Shown here: piece after piece, positions 37,132-49,089 of the stretch
How the letters are laid out: each line of letters starts with the position of its first letter
Numbering within the stretch: the first letter of the stretch is position 1
From: Eukaryota sp. GEM-RC1
Lineage: Eukaryota
Direction of reading: 5' to 3'
Assembly (NCBI GenBank): GCA_040285855.1
Contig: JAUFOQ010000013.1
Location: forward strand, 1,922,001 to 1,986,000
Length of the DNA stretch: 64,000 bases
Program-made: the position numbers and the translations under genes
Notes under the pieces: generated by a model
Databases searched by the model: none
What the model was told of the DNA's origin: nothing
What the model saw: only the letters and a program-made list of their open reading frames with translations

Positions 37132-40100
37132 TGTTAGCCACAGGTGTTAGTGAAGTGTTACTAGTACGTATAATTTGATTTATAAACACCCTTTACCTTC
37201 CCCTTTGCACCTTTAGGTATTAATAATTATTATCCTCATGGTAAAAAAGAGGAATTTTACTACAGCTGCCCCTACGAAAGGAGTTACTAACCGCAGACAG
37301 CCAAGTAGGTCTCTCAAAAGACCAGAGTATCGAAGAGCTCTGCCACCCCGATCGAAGTGCCTACTGAATCCTCAGTAGATGAAGAGGACTTTGTGTCCGA
37401 ACTCTTCTCACCCGAGATTCTTTCCTCACACGAGAGCCCATCTTCAAACGTTGATGGAAGTTCCTTGGCTTCTTCGGAAGCCGGCGAAACGACTGGTATA
37501 AGACCCTTGGGCTCGTCGGAGTCTGGCGGCAACCCTGGTCCTTTGGAGTCATCCATTGGACCAGAACAGGAAGATCCTCTTGGAATCAAGAAGGTCCTGG
37601 AGAAATACGGAGTCCCTGTTGTCTCTTCAGATACCACTAGTACTCCGGGAGACAATGTTGTAGGTAATGTTACTCCGTCTGTAGTTCAGCCAACATCATT
37701 GACCTCTCATCATGTTTCTGATTCTTCCTTGTTAGTTAGTAGTTTATTAAATAAAGATAACGTTGATCCTTCAGTTCCTCTGTCTAGAGAGGTTGAAGAG
37801 AGCCTTAGGCAACTTCAAACAGTCCTAGCTCAGCATAAGACCAGGGCAGAAGAAGCAAAACGACAGCTTTGGGAGCAACAGCAAAAAACAACCAATCTTT
37901 CCATGACTGAGAGAGCTCTAGCTGTAGAACAACAAACCGGTTATGTGTCTAGACCTCATAGAGATGCAGTTCCCAACGATCTCATCCCGTTTGTAAGTCC
38001 GTACGATCAGAGTGTCTCCATCTCTGACTACGACTTGTGGCATCTTGCCAAATTTGCTCCCTGGCATCCCACTTTGCGTCATAGAATGCCTGCTGGAAGA
38101 CATTACTTGCTGAAAAATGTTCCTCCTGGCACGTCTCCTCAAGCCATAAAACAGTTTTTGGGTGACTTAAATGATAGTAGAGCTGGTGATACTTATAGGT
38201 TTCCGTCCACCTACTCTTGGGATCCTAGACATGGTATCATCATTGAACCTTTAGTCCAGATATTCAGTGCTGATGGTCAGTCAGTTTCATATGAATACTC
38301 CGCCTGGTACTTACATTCGTTGAACAATAAACGCAAGTTATATCACAACGTTTCTGTAAGTACCGAATGGCTCCCTACTGGTCATCAGTATAGCCATTTA
38401 CCTGCGGCGACAAGAGTTCTGGATAGTTTGTCAACTTCACCACAAGATGTTGACTCTGTCCCTGTTCAACCTTTTTCTGGAATTGGTGGTTCCCAATTGG
38501 TACTCCCATTAGCTTCTCAAGCTATGTGTGAAAAAGCTACATTTGCTCCGAGCCTTTCTAATTTAAATGGCTTAGATAGTGTTCAAAGATTCTTCCCTGG
38601 TGAAGTTTACAGACCTAAGCAGGTTGATAGATTTACACACGGTCTTAGAGATGGTATCTCTACCCAAAATTTTGAAGCTCAATTTGGTGGTGAAGAAAGA
38701 TTCATCAGCTTAGAAGAACATGAAAGTGTTTATCGTAAGCCAGAAGGCTTTGCTAAAGGTTGTGACGAATCTATGTCCATGGCTCTCTCCTCAGAACAGC
38801 TTGCTTCAAAATAGAAAAAATCATGTTGCTCACATGACCAGAAGTAGAAAAACTCCTAAACGATCAAATTCGATCGAGATAAGTGATCTAACTTCTCAAT
38901 CAAAATCACCTTTGGCAGAACTTTCTGATGTTACTGACTCTAAGTCTGAAGATAGCTCATCTGAAGACGAAGAACCTAACGTTTTGGCTGATACTCCCAT
39001 CATTTTGTCTGGTGTCCCTCAAAGAAAAGATCGAACAAAGAAAAAGTCCATTTCAAAGAAATCAAGACCCAGCTACCTCAAATCCGAGAGTCGCGAGGAC
39101 CTAATTAAGTTCATCCATGAATTTAGTTATTGGGTAATTCATGTCCGGAAACAATCAAATCGTAAAGACTTTGACACTCGTTTAGGTATCGCTCCAATCA
39201 ATAAATTTGATCTCGTAAGACTCACTTTGTTAGAGATTGATCCTACTGGTGTTTCCAAATTCATTGATCGTCAATTGCTTAGTGACTGGAAGCTTCTAAA
39301 TGTTCCAGGTCCAGATTCAAACATAACTGAAAAAGACCTTTGGTTCAGATTGGTTCTCCTGAGCCAATACACTTATACTACTCAAGCTATGGGTGATCTG
39401 AAGAATCTTAGACTTAGTCAATCTAATGATCCATCCACTGTAATGAATCGGTACCTAAAGCTTGTTATCAACATTTTACAATGTTCGACAGCCATTTCCT
39501 CAGGTACTGGTAGAACTTTTCTCCCAGCTAGCATCTCAGCCGACTTAGTGTTATGTACACTCAATCCTCAGAAAGAAATTGCTGCTCTAAACGATCTCCA
39601 AGTTAAGTGGGAACACACTTTAAAGAACAATGAACATTTGCTTCCTGAATTTTTGAGTGAAGTAAAGACAGCTTGGATCGATTACAAGCGTTCGATGCCA
39701 ACGACATCGTTTTCAAACTCTCAAAGAAGGTCTCGTGACCATTCCCGTGGAAATTCTCGTTTTCCTAGAAAGTCCTTCAACCAGAGGTACTCTAAACCCT
39801 CTGATGGTAAGTCCACTGACGTAGAATGTTTCAAATGTGGCAAAGAGGCCATTATGCTCCTGATTGTCGTAAATCTCAGGATAATGCAAAGTCCAATAAG
39901 CGTAGGTCTGGTGATAGTCGTCCTGATAGTCGTTCTCGTAGTTTTAAAAATCAAATCTCCTAAATACATTTTCAAAATTGATAATGCACAACATAATTCA
40001 AACAAAAACACTACACCACTCAAATACACTAACCCTTTGGCTACTTTGATCACACAATCAAGTATGGGTAAAAGTGTTTCATCAGTTGAAACAAATCGTA

Positions 40101-43100
40101 GTCTCAACCAGAACCTAGGGTTCGAATCTAAAGGTAACGGTCCTTTATGTATTCGATTGTTAATCAACAATGTATCAGTAGTAGGAGAATTTGACTCAGC
40201 AGCATCATGTTCAGTCATTTCTCAAGATTTGATACGCTACTGAGAGATGACAACTACTGATAGTTGTATTGAATACATGTCAGCAAATAATATTCGCGCT
40301 ACTTCCTTAGGTAATGCAATTGGTGTTCTGACGTTCAACGTCGACAGCTTGGCCAACCAGATTCATGTTAAGCATACTCTACCTGTAGTTCCTGGAACGA
40401 AAATTCTCCTCATTGGTAGAGATATGCAAGAAGAGCTGGGGTTGCTTTCGGATGATGGTCCAGTCATTAGATTAGATAAAGAACATCGCACTATTCTCAA
40501 CGCAGAGAGTGAATTTGATGAGAGAATGAGGTCTCCATCAATTTTGATTAATAGAGTTCAATCAAAATGTTCAATAAATCAACATTCAACACATTTTCCT
40601 ATTGATCAGTACGGTAACACTCAATTAGATATAAATCTGTTTGAAGAAACCATTGACAACTCTGGTTGCACGATAAAATTGGATGATCCTACAAGAAGAA
40701 CGGAGCTTTTGAGCCTACTCAGTAAATACAAACAAGTCTTTTCAGAAGACATACATCCTGATGGTATTGATTGTCCACCCATGACAATTCCATTTTATGA
40801 TGAATCTGTCACTGTATTACGTCCTCCTAGAAGGCTTAACCCTGAAAAACAGCGAATAGCCGAAGAAATTTTTAATGAACTTATACGACAATGATGGGCC
40901 GTACCATCAACTGGTAAGTTCAGTAGTCCCATAGTCTTGGTGGTATATAATGATCACCGTAAGCCTCGTTTAACTGGAGATTTCAGTGGACCTGATGGGA
41001 TTAATGCTGATACCAGACCGGTGAAACCAAATTTACCTCGGAGCTGTGATGTTCTAGAGTCCCTTTCGAAAGCTAATTTCATTGGAACACTTGACCTTCC
41101 TAAAGCATTCTGGCAGCTAAATGTAGCTGAAGAAGATGTCGAGAAGACCAGTGTGTCTATACCTGGAATGTCAATTAGCTTTAAACAAGCATGTTTTGGA
41201 TTGAAAAACGTACCAGCAATCTTTCAAAACATCATGATGGAAATTTTCCATGTCGAAGGTGTTTTCATTTATATTGATGATATAATTGTTATAGGCAATA
41301 CCTTTGAAGAGTTTATTTCAAGAATAAATCTAGTACTGGAACGAGCAGAACGTTTTAAAGTACGGATTGGATTGAAGAAGTGTAGGTTCACCACTTCTAG
41401 ACATCCTAATAAGATTCTGGGCAGCAACTTTTGTAATAAAACCCGTTGCATAGATGATAAAAGAGTTTCGGCGTTGATTGAGTTACCTGCTCCTTCAACT
41501 TTACCTGAAGTTAGAAGTTTACTTGGTGCTTTAAATTATGTTCGTGAATGGATTCCAAACTACTGCATTAATCAATGAACTGACTCGTGGTAAACCCAAG
41601 AGAATTGCTTGGACAAAAGATCATGATGCTTTATTAGACAAAATTAAAACCGAAATAATAAACCATATGGCTTTAGACTTACCTGATACTGATAAGAACA
41701 TTATCATATCCACAGATGCATCCGACATTGCTGTTGGTGGTGTGATCTGGCAGGAAGAAAATCCTTCAGCTCCTCCAGGAACTCCGTTAGAAGAACGTAG
41801 AGTTAGACCTGTATCGTTCTATAGCCGTTTACTCAATGATAGTCAACAGAATTGGGCAGCTATCCAGAAAGAGCTGTATGCCATTCTCTTGATTCTGACA
41901 GAATCTAGTTTAGAAAGTTTCCTATTAAGTAGGCATTTGACGATCTTTACAGATCATAGGAACCTTGCTTATCTGATTTCAGCTCCAGAGAAGAATCGTA
42001 TTGTCAAACGATGGATTGCAATTTTCTCGGAGTTTGATTTTGAGATAGAGCATGTAGCTGGTACAAACAATCAATGGGCTGACATGTTATCACGTGTCAT
42101 TGACCGTCGCCCAGTTGAAACAATCAAATCTCTGTTGATCTCAAATCATACCATCAGAAATGATATAATTCTTTCTCACGAAGGGTTAATCTATGATGAA
42201 GCTGATTACGTTGAGATGCTTCCTTGTAACACCAACATATTAGCTATCAAGAGTCTACAAAACCTCTCAACATACAATAAATTGCCTTTATTTGATTCTT
42301 GGTTATCAACCATTCGAGCTGAACAACATAAAGCTATCAATGAAGGAGATCAACTGTTTCAGGATTCAACACTGTGTACTATGAGCAATGTATACATCAA
42401 CTCCAAGAACAAGATTTTGATTCCATCTAGCTTGATAAAGAAGGTTCTTTACATGCTACATGGATTAGTCCAGTCAGGACATCCAAACAAGAAACAAAGT
42501 TTGGAAATTTTGTTCAATAGTGGTTACTTTTGGCCCAGTATGAAAGCTGACATGGTCAAACATGTTAAGCAATGCTCTGCGTGTCAGAAAACGGCACCTG
42601 TCCCTAAAAAGATAATTGAATTGACGGGTTCTCTATGGGCTGATAGACCTTTTGCTAGACTTAATGTCGACACAATTGGTCCACTTCCAAAAGATCAAAA
42701 TGGAAACCAATTCCTATTGGTGTTTGTAGATTCTTTCACCAGATACACCATTTTGAGCCCCATCAAAGAACTTAACAGTAGAGAAGTAGCATATCGTCTT
42801 GTGTGGGATGTGATTGCTATTTTTGGAATACCGTTTTGTATCCATAGTGATAATGGTACCGAGTTTGCCAATGCTATTTTCGAGGCAATATGTAACCTAC
42901 TGGCGATTGAAGTAAGTCGTTCGATTCCTCATTCCTCCCAGAGTAATGGACTGGTGGAACGACGTCACAGAGACGTTCTGCAAAGCCTACGTCGTCTTCT
43001 TGTGGACTTCAATGATTATGACAATTGGTCAACGTACATCCCAACTGTACAATTGCAATTCAACGCAACGAATAGTTCTGTGACTGGGCACTCAATTTAT

Positions 43101-43898
43101 GAATTGATGTTTGGTAGTGACATAAGTCCTGGTGCAGATCCTAGTAATTTACTAGCTGCTGTTGAGAAATCAACAAAGAATGTTCCGTTTATTAACGACA
43201 TTAAAATGAAACTGGATCGTCTTACTAAAAAGAGAGAAGAGGCAGAGGTTCGTCAATCGAGACTCAAGCCAAAGAAGAAGTCTGGCCCCAGTCAATCATT
43301 CAATGTTGGAGACCTTGTTTTAAAAGCATCCAAAACTAGTAAGCTTCATGGTAATTACACTGGACCTTATTTAGTTGTTTCAATTGATTCGAAATCGTCA
43401 GTTTTCTTAAAGAATCTGATCACTGGATATGTTAGTAAGACTAGCATTCATCAATGTAAGATCTTTTAATCAGATCTACCTGCTGATCATGATCTCCACA
43501 GAGCAATTGCTTCTGGGGATTCTGAAGAACACATCGTGGTTAAGGTCCTAGATAGGTTCAATACACCCGATGGTGAACATTGTACTGTACTTTGATTTGG
43601 TGGTGATACTTCATCAGTTCCCACCAAGGACATCAAGAACACCAAGGCGTACAGTGAATTTGTAAAATTAGAAAATGTAGATTTATTAAGAGTAAACCCA
43701 CTAAGCTTAAACGTACCTCAAGTAGTATGAGTATTCCAAAGTCATCGTCTGTAGTTAAGACACCTGTAGCTAAGAGGACAAGGAGCTCAAGAAGAGAGAA
43801 GAGGTAATGTTAGCCACAGGTGTTAGTGAAGTGTTACTAGTACGTATAATTTGATTTATAAACACCCTTTACCTTCCCCTTTGCACCTTTATGTATTA
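37132..43898 (+). mobile_element. Full-length Ty3/Gypsy-type LTR retrotransposon C (6767 bp)
   Basis: 91-bp LTRs at 37132-37222 and 43808-43898 with one mismatch; 4-bp TSD ATGT; PPT AAGAAGAGAGAAGAGG; PR-RT-RH-IN domain order. Confidence 0.96.
37238..43807 (+). pseudogene. Polyprotein of element C (N-extension, Gag, protease, RT, RNase H, integrase, chromodomain-like tail) with several frameshifts and stops
   Basis: CFKCGKE-GH-C knuckle across a frameshift, FDSAA, LDLPKAFWQ, YIDD, TDASD, FTDHRNL, ADMLSR, HHCC, DDE and GPY motifs. Confidence 0.9.
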
Positions 43899-44494
43899 AT
43901 GTAGAGGTTTTATTATCTCTTTTGTTAAAAACGATGACAGACGTGATTGTAGTATCAGCAACTCAATGATTATGATGTCAAGTGGCTGTGGTACAACAAC
44001 AATACAAAATTAAAAAACAATGATTACCACATGTCTATACTGTCATCATACAGTAGTGTACAAAAGATTGTCATTTTATGATTGGTCTTTGTTGGAGAAG
44101 AAAACATCTACTATTCCAACTATGGTTGCAGACAAGTGGACAATCTTAAGTAGCTCCATGATGCTTGTGTTATTAACGGCACACATCCATATTAGAGTAA
44201 CTAAAAGCCCGAACAAAAGGGTATGTACAAGACAATTAGAAGTGTTCTTCCACAACAATGAAAGTCCCATTTTAAAATAAACACAATAGTTCTTTTACAA
44301 AAATATTTTAGGTGTGTCGATTTTGTATTTTTCATTTGGTCTTACAAATTGATATTTTCGAGGCAATAATTTGGGTACTGAATTAAAATATATTAAAATG
44401 TCGAACAACTTGAAAGATGTCAAAGATGTAAACCCAATGAATAAAAGAAAATCTTTTTCAAAAAAACGGGGTTTATGATCAGTCTTTTTCAGTT

Positions 44495-44740
44495 TTTTTT
44501 AAGTTTGAATGGCTGAATGGAAAAACCGTATAGTGTTTTCCATATATCGGAATATGCCTTTCTATTTCTCTAGATTAATTGAGAAATTGTACAAGTTTGG
44601 TGTGAAGGTTCATGTAGATAAACGTAATCTTTTACCGGGTGGTGATGAAGTCGTTTGGATTTAATCTTAGTATTATTTGTTTGTTTTTACAATTTCATAG
44701 TTTGTAGGAAGGTTACCTTATTGGGTGCCGAATAAACATA
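44495..44740 (+). mobile_element. 3' end of CRE-like family 2
   Basis: Near-identical to 62960-63186 and 36497-36720. Confidence 0.85.
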
Positions 44741-44893
44741 AGTCTTTTCAATGATTAGAAATAATTAAAAAGTCTTCAATATCAAATTAACAGCGTTTTG
44801 TGTATCAACTTTGCTTAGGATTAGTATTTCTCAAAACGACCAAATCACAAAAAGACACGATATCCAAATGCTGAGAATACTCATCTCCTGAAA

Positions 44894-45883
44894 GGGAAAA
44901 GTACTGAAATACCCCCACAACAAAAATTTAGAACTGACATACCCCTCGAATAAAAATTGGTATTGATCTACCCCTTCAACAAAGAATGACGGTGAGCATT
45001 ACATACAACAGCAGTGAACATGGTCTCATGATCGGCAATCGCTTATCTCCCTTAGTGTTGAAAGAACTTATTCGACAACATAACATTGCAAGCTGCCGAT
45101 ACTACATCTTTAAAAAGTCTGAACACAAACAGATCAAAGCAGTTTGTACAAACAAGCAATGTGAATATGTTTGTCGTGCATCTCGACCTGCGAAATCCCC
45201 ACCAGAAACCCTGTATAAAGTGACAGCTCTAAAAGATCACAATTGTCAGCTTGAAGACGAGACAACATATACTCCACCACCTCCTTCTTCTAAGTACTTG
45301 GCCTCTCTTTCCTATATTCAACTGACAGGTTATCCATGTAGTCATGGAATTGCCGCTCTTTGAAGTTGAAACGCAACATCGCATCAGGAGTTGATAGCTA
45401 CTACTACAGCGAAAACTACAAACGTACGTATGGAGAAGGAATACTTCCGATAGACCTTTCAATTACTCTGGCAAGTGTTACGATTCTTCCACCAGAAGTC
45501 AAAACAGGGAGAGGTAGACCGCGAATCCGCCGTTACAAACCAGGTGAAAGCCAGAAAAAGAAAAGAGTCAAGTTGAGTCAGAATATGGGACAAACAGATT
45601 TGGACGATTTCAACGTTGTTCGAGTCGAAATAGAAGAATGTGATGTAGATAGTGAAGACACTGAGTGGAGTGGAGATAGTGGTTCTTCTTCAGAGGAAGA
45701 CAGCGATGAAGAACAGTGTTTATTGTAGATCTTTATAAAATACTGGTTATAGGTGGTTTAAGGCTATGTAAGTTCATTTTTGGAGTGAAGGAAAGAGAAC
45801 AGGGGTAGGTCAATACCATTTTGGTGACTGGGGGTAGGTCAGTACCACTTGGGTGATCATGGGGGTATATGAGACCTTGACCC
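44894..45883 (+). mobile_element. Mutator-like element (MULE), DDE domain deleted
   Basis: 9-bp TSD CTCCTGAAA at 44885-44893 and 45884-45892; imperfect long TIRs with TACCCC repeats; C..C..AS..H.C N-domain, SWIM-like GYPCSH and LPP...GRPR motifs. Confidence 0.9.
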
Positions 45884-45962
45884 CTCCTGAAAAGGACGTT
45901 TTTACGTTTTTAGAAGAGTTTGCGCTTCACAAATCCTGAACCTCTAAATACCACTTAAAAAT

Positions 45963-47149
45963 ATGGAAGCTTCGCCGTCAATTGCAGCTCTTCTTGCACC
46001 TGCTTTGTCTGGCTATCGTCCAATAACAACCAATGATCTCCAATGTACGCTAGACCTTCTATCTGTTTGTGAAGGTCTCATTTCTAGACTTCCTTCTGAT
46101 CTTGCGGTTAAGTACCAACTTGTTAAACATCACATTGCTTCAAAGTTGTTACAATCGGGGTCTTCAGTTCTGAAAGCTGCAAAACTTCTTCCATGTAATA
46201 AATCCACACAGGCTGTGTCAATGCCTCCCACTTACCTTGTCGATCTACTTTCAAAAGTAGATCTCTCTTACGATCACTTATAACCTCTTCTGAAGACCCC
46301 AATGGACACGTCACCAGTACGCGCTTATCTTCTATTTGTACCTCTGAAGATCTTGTTGACCTCACTGCTACTGAGTTGGCTGAACTTAGCTCTCATGCCG
46401 TTGTCCTTTTCACTGATTGTAAGTTGAAACTTGAACAGAAGTCTGAAGAAGTCAAGAATCTCAAACATGAGAATTCAAGTTTGTTAAAGAAAGTTGCTGA
46501 CCTTCGAACTGTTCTTGACCAATCATCTGCTGAACTCAAGCAATCACAATCAAGTAGGGATCATGAAAACGACAAGCTGCGGAATGAGTTGAGCTCACTC
46601 AAAGACAAATACGACTCTGAAGTTGCTGACCTTGATTCCAAATGGAAAGAAACTGTGAAAAGATACCGGGTCAAGCTTTTAAATTGGCATGAGCAACAAC
46701 TTGCCCAAGTGACGGAGAAGTACGAGCAAGATATTCGATTATTAAAAAGAGATTTAAGTGAACAAAAGGCATTGAAAGATTTTACTGAAAAAAAGAAGAA
46801 AATGCAACGCAAATCTGATTCTGATTCTTTCAAATCTGATTCCACAATTAGTCTAGATGATGACGTCATTGATGAAAGGCAATCAAAAGTGTTTGATTCT
46901 TCTTTGCCGTTAGACTTGCCTCTTTTGACTCCTGAAAAGAGGAAAGTTCACTCAGATCACCAATCACTTGCTTCTTCTGAAAGTGAAAGTGATTCGGAGG
47001 CAGTGAGAAAAACAATTGACGTAATATATCCAAAAAGGAATTTTCTTTCGTCTCAAAAAGGGAATTCTACAAGTTTATCTGGATTAGAAGCCACAAAGTT
47101 TAAATTACAAAAAGCAATGGAACAAAGTAAACAATTAAGACATCCGTGA
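45963..47149 (+). CDS. Coiled-coil protein of unknown function; two ORFs joined by a frameshift or a tiny intron
   Basis: The downstream frame is open from ~46203 and has heptad-rich K/E sequence. Confidence 0.6.
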
Positions 47150-47412
47150 CTATGATTGCTTACAGATTGTTCTGTATTTCGAACTGTGTTTCTTGATTGT
47201 CACTATGAAGAATAGTTTGATGTTACTTCGTTATTTTAAAAAATTAATTTTTTGTGCGATTGAGCTGCTTGTAATTTAGAAAAATTCAATTTTTGTATTA
47301 TTTAAATTCAATTTATTTCCTGTAAAAAGATAACCTTCCCCTATCAAATATTCATGTAATTTTAGTAATGTATTTATACAGTAACTTCATCCTACATTCT
47401 CTTCTATAGGGG

Positions 47413-47560
47413 TGTTAACGAAACATACCCAAAAACTGTTGATGACGTCATCAAAAAGGGTATGTTTCGTTAACAAGACATGGTACGAACAATCGTCAGA
47501 ACAATCGTCAGAACAATCGTCAGAACAATCGTCAGAACAATCGTGGGGTCAATCGTGGGG
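47413..47560. repeat. Inverted repeat followed by a 12-bp tandem array
   Basis: 18-bp arms at 47413-47430 and 47458-47475; GAACAATCGTCA ~5 copies from 47487. Confidence 0.85.
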
Positions 47561-47775
47561 TGAATAATTTAAGTTAAAGTTTTTTAAAAAAAGAGAATGG
47601 TAACGGTATTTGTTAACAAAGGAAGAAAATATGTTTATAGAAAGTGACGATTGTGCCAATCAACCTATATCATTTCACAAATGTTAAAAATTGAACATAA
47701 TTAAACAGACATATACACTATAATTACAAGAAAAGTCAATAAAATAAGACTTTTAAAATCACTAAGCACATAAAC

Positions 47776-48785
47776 TCAAACAAAAGAAATCACAATCGTG
47801 CTGTCTGGGTCGGATTTTCTTGCCTTATTTAGAACTTTACAAGAAGGTATTAATTTTACAATCGAGTTCGGAAGAAATGTGGCGTGATTGTGTAAGAATT
47901 GGAAAAAGTCCAGGACTGATTTTACCTTGACTTCTGAAGACGCAACGTCAGCAACTTGAACAGGAACGTCGTTGACTAGAATCACTAAATCATTTAAAAG
48001 CCTGCAAAACAACTCCTGCAATGAAACAATTCTTTCATAATTCATGGTTCCACAGCTATTTGAAGTTCTAGTTTTTTCGAGATTAGCAATCGTTTGGAGT
48101 ACTTTCGAGAGCCCAATTCTAGAATTTCTAAACCATTTCTTATCTTGATGTTCAGTAATTGAGGGAAAACTCCCGAATAAAAGTCCAGGATTTACAAAAC
48201 GAAGGAAGAAGAAAGCCCCAAGGAGAGTCTCCCGTCTGTTCTCTTCAATATAGTGTTTCTCTAGCAAAAGTTGATTCCATTGGCCAAGAAGGCAACAGAT
48301 CCTGGTAGTGAAGGAAAATTGAATCTTAAGAGATTGATCGTCCTCTCAGCATATGAGTAATACTCTTCCTGGGTCAACTGTCCGTTGTTATTGAGGAGTT
48401 CAGTAAGCAAGGGCGACAGCGAAGATACCAGATACTGGTGAACAGAAGGGGAGGAGAAGAATCGAGAAAGAAGCTTAGAAGCGACAGAATTGGTGCGGAG
48501 GAAGGATGATGATGACGATTGTATTTCTGCATCGAATAAAGAAAGGCAGAACGTCAGAAATGGCTTAGATGTTTCAAGATTCGAGAAGTCTCTTGTACAG
48601 TCAGCAAAGACCACGTCAAAGAGACAATCAGTGACAGATTGATAGTCTTCGTAAGGAAGTGAACTGATAAGGTTGATAACGGAAGTTTGGTTGACAGTAC
48701 GGAGTGAGCGGCATATTACTGAGACATTTGTACCAAGAGTGAGGATTAGGACACTAGAACTGGAGGGTTTCCGGAACCAGAACAT
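47776..48785 (-). CDS. RasGAP-domain protein, frameshift near 48265, start uncertain
   Basis: FLRTNSVASKLL, YL..L.PL, GAFFFLRFVNPG and LSKVLQTIAN motifs. Confidence 0.8.
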
Positions 48786-49089
48786 TAAGGGAAAAATAAT
48801 TTATCAATTTATGGATAAATACTTCGACTGTTATCAACATCAGAACAGTATTTATTTTTTTGTAGTGTTGTAAAGAGCAATTTTGGGTCAAAAAAATTAA
48901 GACAGATGGCTTATTTCATCCTTTCGATATTTAACACAAATCATTGAGGATTCTCAATTATCTAGAGTAGTTTTGGATATAGTTTTGTATATAGTTTTGT
49001 GTATTAATCGAAATAGCGATGAAACTGATTGTTGAAATGAGAGACCTGAACACAACTCCAATTTTTTGGTTTTGATTAGCAAATCTCCA

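Larger units (their letters stand above)
37040..45912 (-). repeat. Inverted copy of the ~815-bp repeat array, interrupted by Gypsy C, CRE 3' ends and a MULE
   Basis: 37040-37131, 43903-44460, 44741-44893 and 45884-45912 are reverse complements of consecutive parts of 51-870. Confidence 0.88.

Noticed and set aside
39840..39965. Programmed gag-pol frameshift in element C
   Set aside because: Element A has Gag and protease in one frame; compensating indels around the knuckle explain the pattern more simply
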